64,000 bases of DNA from the human T2T-CHM13v2.0 reference genome, Homo sapiens. The notes under the pieces were generated by a model that was not told where the DNA came from, did not search any database, and saw only the letters and a program-made list of their open reading frames with translations. The stretch lies in NCBI RefSeq assembly GCF_009914755.1, contig NC_060937.1. One strand, given 5' to 3'. Positions within the stretch are counted from its first letter, which is position 1, and each line of letters starts with the position of its first letter. Below are positions 1 through 14,600 of the stretch, piece by piece. The position numbers were made by a program, and so were the translations under genes.

Positions 1-1200
1 TCTTCTTAAGTTTTATTAATGTATTTTTTCCTAAGAAAGTTGTGTATATTATCTACATTTTCAAAATAATACTGTAAATTAATTATATTATCATAAAATT
101 CTTAAAAGTCTCTATTGCATGTCTATTTATGTCTCCATTTTATTACTAATAATGTTCTTCTATCCTCTCTCTCTCTGTCTGTCTCTTTTCCTTTTCTCTT
201 TCAATTTATCTTTCCAGAAGTTTGTATATTTTATTCAAGTTTTTTTTTAAAAAAAGCTATGTTTGGTTCTGACTTTTCAAAAAAAAAGAATAGAAATTTT
301 TGGAAATTTCTATTCTTTTTATTTTCTATTTCATTAATTTCTGTTTTTGCCTCAGACTTACCTTCCAGTTGGCTAATTCTCTCTATATCTATTTGCTACT
401 TAACTCATCCACTGAGATTTATTTTGATAACTATATTTGCATTTTGAGAAGATCTGTGTGGAGTTTTTTTATATTTATCTTTGACTTTCTATCATGCTTT
501 ATTTTTTCTTCATATAGTTTCTTTTTTATATATTTAATAATTTAGATATTTATTTTATAATCTTTGTTGCAGTTTTATTATTGAAGATCTAAGGTCCAGA
601 TCTTATGTTTTTCGCTTCAACTGCTTCTTGTTCATGGTATATTACTTCCTTGCATATTATAATTTTGTCTTATGAATTGACTTTCAATGAGATTTTATAT
701 GTAGAAAGCCTATACAATCCTAGTTCAGGGATTAAACCCTGAGAGTAGTTTTGCTTTTATATTTGCTAGGGTCGATTTCTATGTTATGTTTTCTTTTTTA
801 ATTTGAGGAGTTCCAGTGCCAAATAATGTGAATTAGGACTCCAAATCTGTGTATTAGAGAGGCCTATTGAGACATTTTTTCCCCGTCCAGAATTTAGGCA
901 GAAACAACAAGCTCCATAAGAGGATGGGTTTTTATTCTAACTCACACATCTCCTCTGGTATCCAGACTTTATTCGTGGGGTTTCAGTTTCAAATTTCCAC
1001 TTTACATCACCTGTTCCTGTGTGGGCAGTCAAATGCAACCCACTCAGGACAGCCACAGTATTAGCTCATTTAGCTAGTACTCTATTTTTTTTTCAATTCT
1101 GTCTTGTGAGAGTATTTCTTACTTTATTGTAAAACCTCCATTTAAAAGAGTTTCTATTATATTTGCAGAGTTTGTGAGAGGAAGGTTTTCAAGTATATCC
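1..1200 (-). mobile_element. Highly decayed old L1 (L1M/L1ME-type) fragment(s)
   Basis: T-rich sequence with antisense-L1-like phrases (ttatctacattttcaaa, tctatttcattaatttctg). Boundaries approximate. Confidence 0.45.
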
Positions 1201-1386
1201 TTCAAAATATTGCTGTTATAATTCACTAGAAAAGCTTTTATTGAGTGAAAATAACATGTGTCCAGAAGTGTTTTCTGCATTGGTGCTTATGGACTACTCT
1301 TCTAATACTAAATTGCCATTTGTACCATCAGTTCTCATGTCAGGAATACCATGGCTGAGTCAAAGATGGGGCAACTAAACTTTTTA

Positions 1387-1466
1387 TTAGGTTGGTACAA
1401 AAGTAATTGCGGTTTTGGCCATTGAAGGTAATGGCAAAAATAGCAATTACTTTTGCATCAATCTAA
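1387..1466. mobile_element. MADE1 (Hsmar1-derived mariner MITE), 80 bp, complete
   Basis: TTAGGTTGGTACAAAAGTAATTGCGG...GCAATTACTTTTGCATCAATCTAA terminal inverted repeats, with TA on both sides (1385-86, 1467-68). Confidence 0.93.
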
Positions 1467-2151
1467 TATTTTGTGAGACAAATGCTCTTAAAAGCTTTAA
1501 TTTCTAGACATGACCTTTTTGGCAAAGTGATTTAATTATTATGCAAATCCCGTTTTTCTTTTATTGTACTGAAACTTATCCAAGTCAAGCCCAAAATAGA
1601 TTATTTGAAGTCTTATTTTAATTAATCCCATTGTATTGTTTCCCACAATGCATTATTCACATAGACAAAATCTCACCATTAAGGTGTCAGTGGGCACAGA
1701 AAATTACCATTATAAACCAAATTCCCATGTGAAAAGGACAAGAGCACTTGGCAAAGCAGGAAAAATTGGGCGATGACTGAAACAGCTTACTTCTCATAGA
1801 TCATCAAGGATTGCTAGTGACTGAGATTCAATGAAGGGGGAAAGTCAACAAATTTAATTTGGAACCAGTGAATAAAATAGATGCAGTACTTCTTCAACAG
1901 CACATTTAAAAATATATGTTTTAATATAAAGCATCTGAAAAACTCTTCGTCGATATGCTTTTTTGGTGTCTCAGTTGAAAAGAGTCTAGGCCAGGATTTG
2001 TTCAAGTGAGAGCATCAAGGAACTCAGTTTCCACGTGTGAATTTGCTGCTTAAAAGTCTCTCATGTATCTTGATTATTCACCCCTTTCTTACCTTGGCCA
2101 CCATCCCTAAAAGTGCATGTATGAAGAATAAAGCAAAAGTACAAAAAGCAT

Positions 2152-2501
2152 TGTATTAGTCAGTTCTCACGCTGCTGTGAAGAAATACCTGAAAATGGAT
2201 AATTTATAAAGAAGAGAGGTTTAATTGACTCACAGTTCCACATGCCCGGGAAGGCCTCAGGAAACTTACAATCATGGCAGAAGGCAGCTCCTCCTGGGGC
2301 AGCAGGAGAGAGTGAGAGCCAAGCAAAGGGGAAACCCCTTATAAAACCATCAGCTCTGAGAACTCACTCACTATCACAAGAACAGTATAGGGGAACTGCC
2401 CCCATGATTCAATGATCTCCACCTGGTCCTGCCCTTGTCACATGGGGATTATTACAATTCAAGGTGAGATTTGCATGGGGACACAGAGCCAAGCCATATC
2501 A
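2152..2501 (-). mobile_element. THE1-family (ERVL-MaLR) solo LTR
   Basis: TGTATTAGTC...ggcctcaggaaacttacaatcatggc...AGCCATATCA, 350 bp, 5-bp TSD AGCAT/AGCAC. Confidence 0.88.
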
Positions 2502-2738
2502 AGCACAGAAGCCAAAAGCAACATATTTATTTCATTTGGCTTCTATCTTACCACTTCCTTGACTTTCAATGCCAGAAAGTATTTTAAAGTAAAGAGTGAG
2601 TGCACTTTGCCAGTAGTATATTTCCTCCCTCATGTCTTCATCTACTTTTATCATACTGTAGCAAACCCTATTTTTTGTCATTTAATGGGAAGTCCTTATT
2701 GTTTGTCATTGGAAATCACTACATCTACCATATACTTA

Positions 2739-3085
<347 letters not shown>

Positions 3086-3131
3086 AAGTCCCTTCAATTT
3101 TTCCATGAATCAAAATGTCTCTGGAGTGTAT

Positions 3132-3433
3132 ACAATTGTCCTCTCCTTGTCAGCAGTTTCCCTTTTCATGGTATTAGTTACCTGCAGTACAGAACAATAA
3201 GATATTTTGAGAGACAGAGACCACATTTACATAACTTTTATTTTAATATGTTGTTATAATTATTCTATGTTATTTATTATTGTTGTTAATCTCTTACTAT
3301 GCCAAATTTATAAATTAAACCTTATTATATGTATGTATTTATTAGTATTTACAGGGTTTGGTACTATCTGTGTCTTCAGTCATCCACTTGGGCGTCTTAA
3401 AATGTATCCTCCACAGATAAGGGGAAACTACTA
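3132..3433 (-). mobile_element. MER44A-like TcMar-Tigger non-autonomous DNA transposon
   Basis: Ends ...cagataaggggaaactac. Internal gagagacagagaccacatttacataactttt and gggtttggtactatc match the MER44 consensus as recalled. Confidence 0.7.
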
Positions 3434-3829
3434 CATTTGCAACTATAGGCAGCTAATATTCACTCATTTATGCAAAGCACTTTGATTTGGGATTTTTTTT
3501 AATCATTCGATTTTCATTGCAGTACTGTAATGTGGGAGGCACTATAGCAAGGTTTTTAAGGATAAGATAAAACAAAGTAGACAATAAATTTACCTGAAAT
3601 CAAATGATTAAGTATAAGCAAATACAGTGGTGCCCTCCATTTGAAATAAATTCACACTGTGAAGTTTTTGACTTAATAATGTACCGCACAAATTTTTTCT
3701 TTGAAAGAAGAAACCTGCCACTTGAAAGATTTCCTAGTTGGAGTAAATCATGAGATGGAATCTAGATAATGTTGAATTGCAGTTTAATAAATTTTTATTT
3801 TACAATAAATATTTTTTGAGAATTTTATA

Positions 3830-4770
3830 TCACTCATTCATTCAAAAACTGTGAATTGAGCACCTGTGTGCCTGCACATGGCTAGGTGCTGGGGACATAA
3901 CAGCAAACAAGAGAACCATGGCCTCTTAATTCATGGACCTTCCAGACTTTGGGGGTACACAGATAAGTGAACAGACAAGCATAAAATAAATGTGGTAAGT
4001 TCTCTACTAAGACAAGAACACCTTTCCCAAACCAGGTTCAGGAAAAACTTCTTTAAAAATGTTATTTTCTAGCTGAACTTTGAGGATGATATCAAGGTAT
4101 CCCAGTGAAGAGAGAAGGAAAGTGTGTTTCTGGAGTGAGAAATTCACAAGTGCACTGGCTAAGTGGATGGGATGCCTCCGTGGAACTGAAAGCTTGGATA
4201 CAGCAAAAAACTAGAGCTCAAATGAGTGAATAACAAGAGTTTGGAGAGGTGGGCGAGGAGTCAATCTTATAGGGCCCTGTGGCCATATAAAAGAGTTGCG
4301 TTTCATTCTTGCAATAGAAATAGGTGACACCTAAAAGGTTTTAGGTAAAATGACAAAATTAGATTTATATTTTAGAAATATCACTCTGCTCTGGCTGCAA
4401 TGCAAAGAAAAGATTGAAGAGCTCAGGTGGCTGTTGGAGCAACACAGGTGATCGGTGACAGTGGCCTGAACAGGGTGGTTGTATGAGGATGCAGAGACCA
4501 GGAGGCATCTGAGAGATAGTGCTGAGGAAGAATGGGCATGTCATGGTAATTGATTGGACAGGAAAGTCTGAAGGATGATGCTTTGGTTTCTAGTTAGAGC
4601 TGTTGGGTTAAGAGTGGTACAGTTCACTGAGATGGGGAGAATAAAGGTAGAATGGGCTTAGGAATAAAAAACAATGAATTTATTTAAGGCATGCTAGTAG
4701 AAAGAAATGCCTGCTTGACTTCAAATGCGGGATATCAAATAGGCAACTGAAGATATAGGCCTGATTAGGA
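3830..4770 (-). mobile_element. L2 LINE 3' fragment
   Basis: cattcattcaaaa...tgagcacc...ctaggtgctggggaca, the L2 3' end signature, followed by decayed L2 body. Confidence 0.7.
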
Positions 4771-5559
4771 ATTCTGCACTAGACCATTCTGTGCTAGAGG
4801 CATTGTGACAAGCTCTCTCTATGGATAATGATAAAAATCTTAGGAAAAGATAAAATTACTTAAGAGACCTGCAAAAGTGGACCTAGTATGATTTATAATA
4901 TGGATGGATTTACACTAATTCTCATTTAAAAGAAAGGAATAGATTTCATGAATGCTAAACAGAAGATGACAAATGATAAATAGAATAGTCAGTATTAAGG
5001 GTATGACCATCCCAGCAAAGAAGGTGCTAAAAAGAATCTAAGAACCAAACACATCTCAGTGTCTGAGTTTAATAAAACATGCCTAACTCTGCACTATTCA
5101 GCATGTGACAAGCTATGTCATTGTTTATTCCTGTTGCTTACTAAAAGATTTTAACCAGCTTATTTTGTGTATTTTTCTTTACCACGTGCAAATATTTCAC
5201 CAATTTTTGAAATAATAGGAAAGATTAACTTTATTTTAGAGGAATTTGCTTTTTGACCATCTTTGTTGGTATACTTCTTATCTTACTAGCTTTTTGGTCA
5301 AATTTTATTAATGTCTAAGCTTCAGTTTCCATGGGTTTGAAATGGGGATACTAGTTTTACCTGTGTATTCTTCGTTTTTTTTTAATAAATTGATATCTTG
5401 ATGTTTTATCTGTCATGCATATTGTTTATACATGATAAAAACATTGCTAGCTATACAGTACTGTGTGTGCAGTTTTATCAGTTCAGCATGGAGAGAAGAA
5501 TGCCCAGTTCAATGGGGAGAAAGTCAAATTTCATTCATATGCAATACTACACATACAAT

Positions 5560-5790
5560 ACTAACAGCTGCCACTTTTGACCACTTTACTATATACTAAG
5601 GACTTTACATGAATAATCCAGTTAAACCTCAAAGCAACTTTATGATATAGGTATAAGTATCTTCTCCATTTGATAGATGGAAAAATTGAGACCTGGAGAA
5701 AATTACTTAAGATCACACAAATGTTAAGTGTTGAATATATGTCCTAAATTTAGGTCTGCTTACCTCAGATAACATGTGCATTACCACTAG
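5560..5790 (-). mobile_element. MIR
   Basis: ctccatttgatagatggaaaaattgagacc matches the MIR core. Confidence 0.6.
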
Positions 5791-6694
5791 GCTGTAATGA
5801 ATCCTGAATCTCCTCAAAAGGATTAAAATATAAGTATTACCTAATGATCTCACTGAAGGGAGGAAATTGGCATGGAATCCGGAAAAAAATGGTCCAAAAA
5901 CATATAGGTCAACATTGGTCAAGAAGGAGATGTTTCTGAGGGTAGCCAATATTGCAGTCACTAAAAATTTGCAGTTGGAGTAGGGAAAATGTTCAAGCCT
6001 GTTGTACACCCTGGATGAGGTGTCCTATATGGCTTTCCAACATATTTTTTTTTTCTGATTGCTGTGTTCTTTTCTGGTAGTGGGTATACTAGATGAGGAA
6101 TCAACCAAACAACTATTCCCTGACTAAAGATAAATGAATCCCTTGTAACTTTAAAAAAATTCTTTTGTTTTTTACTAATACAAAAATGTACATATTTATG
6201 AGGTACATGTGAGTATTTGTTACATGCATAGAATGTGCAATGATCAGTTCAGGATATTTGGAGGATATTCATCACCTTGAATATTTATCATTTCTATGTG
6301 TTGGTAACATCTCTAGTCCTCTCTTTCAGCTACTTTGAAATATACAATACATCATTGCTAACTATAGTCACCCAAATCTGCAATCAAATATTGGAGCTAA
6401 TTTGTTCTGTATAATTACATATTTGTACTCACAAACACACCTCTCTTTATCCCCACTCCCATCCACATACCCTTCCCAACCTCTGGTATCTATCATTCTA
6501 TTCTCTGTCTCAATGGGAATCAATTTCTTTAGCTCCCACTTACGAGGCAGAATATGCAGTATCTGTCTTTCCATGCCTGGCTTATTTCACTTAACTTAAT
6601 AACCTCCAGTTCCATCCATGATGTTGAAAAATGACATGATTTCATTCCTTTTGGTGGCCAGATAGTATTCCCTTGTGTGTATACACGATAGTTT

Positions 6695-7355
6695 TCTTTC
6701 TTTCTTTCTTTCTTTTTTCTTTCTTTCTTTCTTTTTTTGTCGAAATGAGACTTTATTGAAAAGATGTTGGGAAGCTCATAGAATCATTAAGGTGGCTGGC
6801 AAATCAGGTTTAGATAATGGGCAGAATCCAAGGGAAAACAGGTACCTGGATCTCATCCATAACTGTGTACAGCAACTGTTGTACCCTGGCTACCAGAACT
6901 TGAGCCATCACTGTTGGAGCTGGATATAGGATACCCTATGAGATCCTCTGGAACGGATGACCCTAGAAACTGGATGTTGCTGTGGCTACTTCCAGAGCAA
7001 TTTCTCTCTGCCATTATTACTCATGTCACTTGCTTTACAGTCAATGTTCTGGTAAAGAACTGGGGCTGGGTATTGTGTCTTCATCCTAACTCAGATGGTA
7101 GGGGAAAGTAATTATCTGAACTTTTTGGTTGTTGTCATGAGATATTCTTTATATTCCACCATGACTCAGATAATGGGGAAGTTCCCCAAAACAGAGGATG
7201 GCAATTCTGATGCTAGGCATTTTAACAACTGTAAAAAGTACCTCCCTAACCCCCCAGCCCCATTCCCCTACAAAATGACTATGGTTATTCTCTCATGCCA
7301 TGTCCATATTTCAGTTCTGTGAATATAATGCACTTGATTGCTTGTGAATTCATAA
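6695..7355 (-). other. Retroposed non-coding insert (orphan retrocopy or transduction) within the L1 3'UTR
   Basis: T/CTTT tail 6692-6738, TTTATT at 6752-6757, TSD gtatacacgatagttt (6679-6694) / gtatacatgatagttt (7356-7371). Confidence 0.75.
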
Positions 7356-7576
7356 GTATACATGATAGTTTCTTTATTCATCTGTCAATGGACACTTAGG
7401 ATGATTCCATATATTTGCTATTATAAATAGTGCTGCAATGAACACACAAGTGCAGGTATTCCTTTGATATATAGGTATCTTTTTCTTTGGTTAAATACCT
7501 AGTGCTAGGATTGCTGGATAGTATGGTGGTTCTATTTTTAGTTTTTTGAAAAATTTTTATACTGTTTTTTCTGGGT

Positions 7577-7892
7577 TTTTTGTTTGTTTCTGTTTTTGTT
7601 TTGTTTTGTTTTTTTGAGGCAGAGTTTTGCTATGTTTCACAAGCTGGAGTGCAGTGGTGCAATGATAGCTGCAGCCTTGAACTCTTGGATTCAAGCAATC
7701 TTCCTGCCTCAGCCTCCAGAGTAGTTAGGACTAAGGTGCACACCACCACACCTGGCTATTTTCTTTAAATTTTTTGTAGAGATGGGGTCTCTCTATGTTG
7801 CCCAGGCTGGTCTAGAACTCCTGACTCAAGCAATCCTCCCACCTTACCTTTGAAAGCACTGGTATTAAAGGTGTAAGTCACCTCACCCAGCT
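7577..7892 (-). mobile_element. AluJ element
   Basis: Diverged antisense Alu. tatactgtttttt is repeated on both flanks. Confidence 0.88.
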
Positions 7893-10800
7893 TACTATAC
7901 TGTTTTTTTATGGTGATTGTACTAATTTACATTTCCACCAAGAGGGTGTGAGTTCTCTTTTGTCCGCATCCTCACCTGCTTCTGTTATTTTTTGTCTTTT
8001 TAATATTAGCCAGTCTAACGGGTAAGATGCTGTCTCATTGTGATTCTGATTTACATTTCCCTGATGCTTAGTGATGTTGCACATTTTTTCATATATCTGT
8101 TGGCTATGTATATCTTTTTTTGAGAAATGTCTATCATCTCCTTAGCCTAGTTTTTAATGGGATTATTTGTATTTTTTTTAAAAATTGCTGAGTTGTTTGA
8201 ATACCATGTATATTTTAAATTTTACTTCCTTGTCAGATAAATAGTTTGCAACTATTTTCTCCCATTCAATAGTTTGTCCCTTCACTCTGTTGATCATTTC
8301 CTTTGATGTTTAGAGGCTTTTTAATTTAATATAGCCCCATTTGTCTATTTTCATTTCTCTCTCTGTGCTTTTGAAGTTTTAGCTGTAAAATCTGCCTAGA
8401 CAAATGTTCCCAAGTTTTCCCCATTTTTTTCCTAGTAGTTTTATAGTTTCATAGTAGTTTTTAGTTTTTATAGTTTTATAGTAGTCTTATATTTAAGTCT
8501 TTAATCCATCTTGACTTGATTTTTGTATATGGTGAGAGACAGGGGTCCAGTTTCATTCTTCTGCATATAGATATCCAATTTAGCCAGCAACATTAGTCTT
8601 TGGGTTTTCTAGATATAAAATAATGTCATCAGAATATAGGGACAATTTGACTTACTTTTTTTCCAGTTTTAATTCCTTTTCTTTCTTTCTCTTGCCTGAT
8701 TGCTGTGGGGAGGACTTTCAGTAGTTTGTTGAATAGGAGTGGTGAAAGCAGGCATCCTTATCTTGATCTATACCTTAGAGGAAAGGCTTTCAGCTTTTTC
8801 CTGTTGAACATGACGTTAGCTGTGGGTTTGTTATATATGGCCTTTATTATTTTGAAGTAAGTTTCTTCTATTCCTAGTCTTGTTGAGCATTTTTATTATG
8901 ATGGATGTTTAATTTTCTCAAATGCCTTTTCTGTGTCTATTGAGATGATTATATGGTTTATATCTTTCATTCTGTTGATGTGATGTATCATGATTATTAA
9001 TCTGCATATGTTGAACCATCCTTGCAACCCTGTTTTAAATTGCACTTGATCACGGTGTATTATCTTTTTGATGTGCTGTTGGATGTGCTAGTATGAGAAT
9101 TTTTGCATCTATGTTTATCAGGGATATTGGCCTATAGTTTTGTTGTTATTGTTGTTGTGTCCTTATTTGGTTTTGAAATCAGGGTAATACTGTCCTGATA
9201 ATGATTTTGGAAGTATTCCTTCTTTATCTATTTTTTGTACTAGTTTTAGAAGAATTGCTGTTAAGTTCTTCTTCATACATTTGGTAGAATTCTGCAGTGA
9301 ATTTATTAAGTCCTGAGCTTTTCTTTGTTGGGAGACTTTTCATTACTGATTCAATCTTGCCACACATTATTGAACTGTTCAGATTTTCTATTTCTTTCTG
9401 ATTTAATCCTGGTAGGTTGTATATTTTCAGGAATTTGTCCATTTCCTCTAGGTTTTCCAGTTTGTTTGTTAGTCTGTAGTTGTTCATAATAGTCTCTGAT
9501 GATCATTTGTATTTCTGTCATGTCAGTGGTAAAGTTTCCTTCTTCCTTTCTGATTTTGTTTATTTGGGTCTTCTATCTTTTGTTGGTTAGTATATCTAGA
9601 GGTTTATCAATTTCATTTAGCTTTTCAGAGAACCAACTTTTTCTTTCACAGATTCTTTGTGTGGGTTTATTTCTTGTTTAGTCTCTGTTTTCTTCAGTTC
9701 TGTTCTGATCTTTATTATTTCTTTCCTTTTGCTAATTTGAGGTTTGGTTTGTTCTTGCTTTTTGGTTCCCTGAGGCGCATCATTATGTTGTTTATTTGAA
9801 GTATTTCTACATTTTCGATGTAGGCATTTATTGTTATAAACTTCCCTCTTAGAGCTACTTTTGCTCTATCACACAATTTATGTATTTTCATTTTTATTTG
9901 TTTCAAGAAATTTTTTTTCTATCTAAATTTTTTCCTTGCAATAGTCATTCAGAAGCATGTTGTTTAATTTTCATGTATTTGTATAGGTTCCAAAGTCCCT
10001 TTTTTGTTGATTTCTAGTTTTATTCCATTATGGTCTGAGCAGATGCTTGATAAAATTTTTCTTTTAAAAAATTTGTTGAGGCTTGTTTTGTGGCCTAACA
10101 TATGGTCTATCCTGAAGAATGTTCCATGTAATGATGAGAATAATGTATATTCTGCAGTTGTGGGATAAAATGTTATTTAAATATCTGTTAGGATCATTTG
10201 TTCTGTAGTCTAGTTTAAAACTAATATTTCTTTGTTTATTTTCTGTCTCAATGATCTGTCTAGTGCTGTGAGTGGGGTGTTGAAGTCCCTTGCTATTATT
10301 GTATTGCTGTCTGTGTTTTTCTTTAGACCTAGTAATATTTATTTTATGAATCTTGGTGCTCTAGTTTTGGGTGCATATGTATTTTGGATTGTTATATTCT
10401 CTTGTTGAATTGATCCCTTTATCAATATATAGTGACCTTCTTTCTCTTTCTTTCTTTCTTACTGTTTTTGACTTAAAGTCTGTTTTACCTAATATAAGTA
10501 TACCTACTCTTATTTTATTTTGGTTTCCATTTGCTTGGAATATCTTTTTCCTCACTTTATTTTGAATCTATATGTGTCTTTGAAGGTAAAGTGCATTTCT
10601 TATAGGCAGCATATATTTGAATTGTTTTTCTTTATCCATTCAGCCAGTCTGTATCTTTCAAGTGGAGAATTTAATCAATTTTCTTCCAAAATTATGATTG
10701 ATATATGCGACTTTGTTACTGTCATATTGCTAATTGTTTTCTGGTTATTTTATATATTATCTGTTACTTTTTTTCCCTCTTATTGTTTGTCGTTGTGGTT

Positions 10801-11302
10801 TGGTGTTTTACTGTAGTGGTATCATTTGAGTCCTTTCTTTTCCTCATTTGTAAGTTTGGATTACAAATGAGTTTTACAGTTTTGTGTGTTTTCATGATGG
10901 TGAAAGTCGTCTTTTCACTTACAAGTTTAGGGATCCCTTGAACATTTCTTGTAGGGCCAATCTAGTGGTTATGAATTTAATCAGCATTTGCTTATCTAGG
11001 AAAGACTTTATTTCTTCTTCATTTATGAAGGATAATTTAGTTAGATATAGTATTCTTGAGTGGCAGACTTTTTTTTCTTTCAGTACTTTGAATATGTCAT
11101 TATCTCCGGGCACATAAAGTTTCTGCTGAGAAATCCACTGTTGGTCTGATGGGAGTTCCTTTATAGGTGACTAGAAGCTTTTCTCTTTCTGGTTTTAGGA
11201 TCCTTTTTTGCTTTGACTTTAGACACTTTGACTATAATGTGCTGTGGAGAAGACCTTTCTGAGTTACATCTGTTTGGGGATATATGGGCCTCCTATATCT
11301 GA

Positions 11303-11647
<345 letters not shown>

Positions 11648-14600
11648 ATTAAGTTGGTTTTTTAACCCTTTCATTCTCTCTTTTCCTGCAGAGACAGCAA
11701 TAATTTGAATATGTGGTTGCTTTATTTGGTACTAAATGTCATGAAGACATTGATCATTCTTTTTCTTTTTGTCTGACTGGATTATTTTAAAAGACCTGTC
11801 TTCAAGTTCTGAGATTCTTTCTTCCACTTGATCTACTCTATTGTTGAAACTTGTGAATGTATTTTGTATTTCATTCAGTGAATTCCTCAGTTCCAGAATT
11901 TCTGTTTGGTTGTTTAAAAAATTATTTCTTTGGTAAAATTATCATTTATATCCTGAATTGTTTTGTTGATTTCTCTCTATTGTTTTTCAGAATTATCTTG
12001 TATCTCACGGAGCTTCATTAAAATTAGCATTTTTAATTCTTTGGGATTTTGTGAATTTCCTTTTGATAGAGGTCTGTTGTTGGAGAATTATCATGCTTAT
12101 TTGAAGATTTCTTTCCATGCTTTTTCATGTTTCCTGTGTCCTTATGTTGATATCTGTGCATCTGGTGTAACTATTGCTTCTAATTTTTTGAATTTACTTT
12201 TTTAGGTGATGACTTTTTATTGACGATCTATATATGGTTTTGGTTGGAGAGGGTGCATTACCTTTGATTTAAGTGCATGCAGTAGTGTAATATTCATATG
12301 ATTTTATTGACTGTAAATAGCATCCATGGTATCTGTGATTTTCTCTGTGGCCTAGGGTATCATTATTAGTAGAAGCTGTGCTGAAGATGCTCTGGGAACT
12401 AGGATGCTAGGTAGGCCAGTCTTTGAGCCCCAGTGGTGGCAGTGGTAACCTAAGCATGCCTGTCTGTAGGCCCCAAGGTAGTATATGCTGGTACCAGTAT
12501 TAGTGGGTCATGGTGGCCCAGTTCGTTGGCTTTCATGTGGCTTGCTCAGATGCTATCAGTGGCAGTGGTAGGCCAGGAATGTGGGAGGGTTCTTGGTTTT
12601 CTGGACCATGGATATAATGTGGGAACCCAAGAGGTCTGTTGTGGTGGCTGCAATAGATTGGGCACGCACATATGGGTAGATGTCATCTGTGGTGATATCG
12701 GCAGGTTGGTTTGCCCCAACCTCAGATCCCAACATTATTCAGCTTCCAACAGTGGCAAACTGAGATGGATGATTTCCAGACCCCTGGATGGTGTATTCAA
12801 ACACTGAGAGGACAGGACCAGGCTGGTAGACTTGTCTTCAGGACCCCCGGTAGTGTGTTCAGGTGCTGGTTTTGATAAGCAAGGTGGGGTTGTTCCCCCG
12901 CCACCAGTGGAGTGCTCAGGTGTGGGAAACAGCAGATTATCGTGGGCCTGCCACCAGGGCAAGTGGGGCCACTCTCAATGGGAACAGAGTAAGGAGGTAG
13001 CTGTTGGATGCATGGTTTCCTTTCTCCTCAGTCCCACAGCAGCCGGCAACAGTGACAATTACCTGCTTGGCCTCTTCTCTCCTTTTTTGGCCCAGCAGCA
13101 GCAGTGGCAACATCAGCCCCAGCTCCAGGGCATAACGCAGGCCTTTGGAGGCTGGGCTTTCAGGATATCCCCACCTGTGGGCCTGCCACCAGGAAGGCAG
13201 GGCTATCTCAGTGGGAACAGAATAGATAGGTAGCTGTGGGGAGTGCAGTTTGATTGCACCCCAGTCCCACAACAGCCCACCCCAATGGCAGTAAGATTTT
13301 TCCTGGAAGTATGTGAAGATGCTCAGCCTGTCTCTGCCCCTCCTTGGCATGGTAGCAGCAGTGGCAGCATCAGCTCCAGGGTAAGACACAGTCCTTTGGG
13401 GGTTTGATTCTCAGAATGGCACCAAGCTGTAGCTGCTGAAGGCTCAGAAGCCTGTGGTACTCAGCGTAAGTTTCCTCTCTAGAGCAATGCCTCTGTGCAA
13501 CCTGTAGGCATCTCCCTATGACAATCACAAGCCCCATATAGGTCGAGGGGTCTCCTGTAGCTGGGATTGTGAAAGTTTGTAGAGGGAATATGGAGCCCTG
13601 GGGGTCTGTCACTTACCCTTTCCGCACTTGTGGGAGGTTCTCCCAGCTCCCAGCCAATCCCAGCTGAGCAGGTTGCCTTGCTTCCCTCTCCTTCTTTGCT
13701 TTTGGTGCTTCCCATTGCTTCTCTGTTGAATCCCAATATGGTCCCTTAGATTGTCTATTCAAAGTTTAAATATTTGCTATTTCGGTTTCTTTCCATGGAT
13801 GAGGCATGTACTAGCTGCATCTAGTCAGCCCTCTTGAACTCTGGACCTCCTTATAACTTTGTAACTCAGGGCAAATCTGAAATTTTACATGTGAATTTGT
13901 TCTCTAAAGCTATATTACCTCTCAATAAAATTATGAAATTATGTTTTTGTGCTCACAGAGTGGAAGATCAAGCCCTGCCTTACTAGTGACTTCTCTTAGT
14001 TGCAATGTCTGAGAAGTCCAGCTGAGGCCAAAGCTTTTCTCTGTGCTAACTCTTAACTGTGTGCAAGTAGGTCAGGGGCGCTAGAAGTACAGGAACAGGT
14101 CTTGATGAAACCTGTGTCGCGTCTTTAAGACACGGCTAAAATTTTTGTACTGCAGCATGTTTACACACAAGCAACACAACTGATGTTAAGAACAATGCTC
14201 TCATTTTGTGCAGATATCAAACATCTGACATCGATGTCTTTGGTCCTCAGTACTTCAGTAATTTTACAATTTAATACGCAGTATTGTTTCACTAGGGTCA
14301 GTATTAAGTCAGTGTTAACAATATTTCACTAATCTTTACTGTCAGTCTTAGGAAGGTAATTAAGGAACATTCAAACTGAATCTATTCTCTGCCTTTGTGT
14401 GACAACCCGCAGGGGTTTTAGCTAAAGTGGCTTGCTTCCTGGACCACCCTGCAAAAATTACCATACTAGATATAAGCCAGGCACATGTAAAAGGCAACAT
14501 GGTGAGCTCTGTGGTAAATGTAACTCAGTTCAGTGCTGTTCAAAAGCTTACTGACATCAGAAAAGCTTTCTCAACAGCAGGAGTACCTTGGAGAAGAAAA

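Noticed and set aside
8430-8486. Short degenerate tandem repeats (tagtagttttatagttt...) that could look array-like
   Set aside because: Local slippage expansion of an L1 motif. No repeat-spacer structure, and CRISPR is not applicable to this eukaryotic intron.
12526-13736. Cluster of overlapping ORFs in GC-richer sequence
   Set aside because: Old L1 5'UTR. The higher GC content simply lowers stop-codon frequency.
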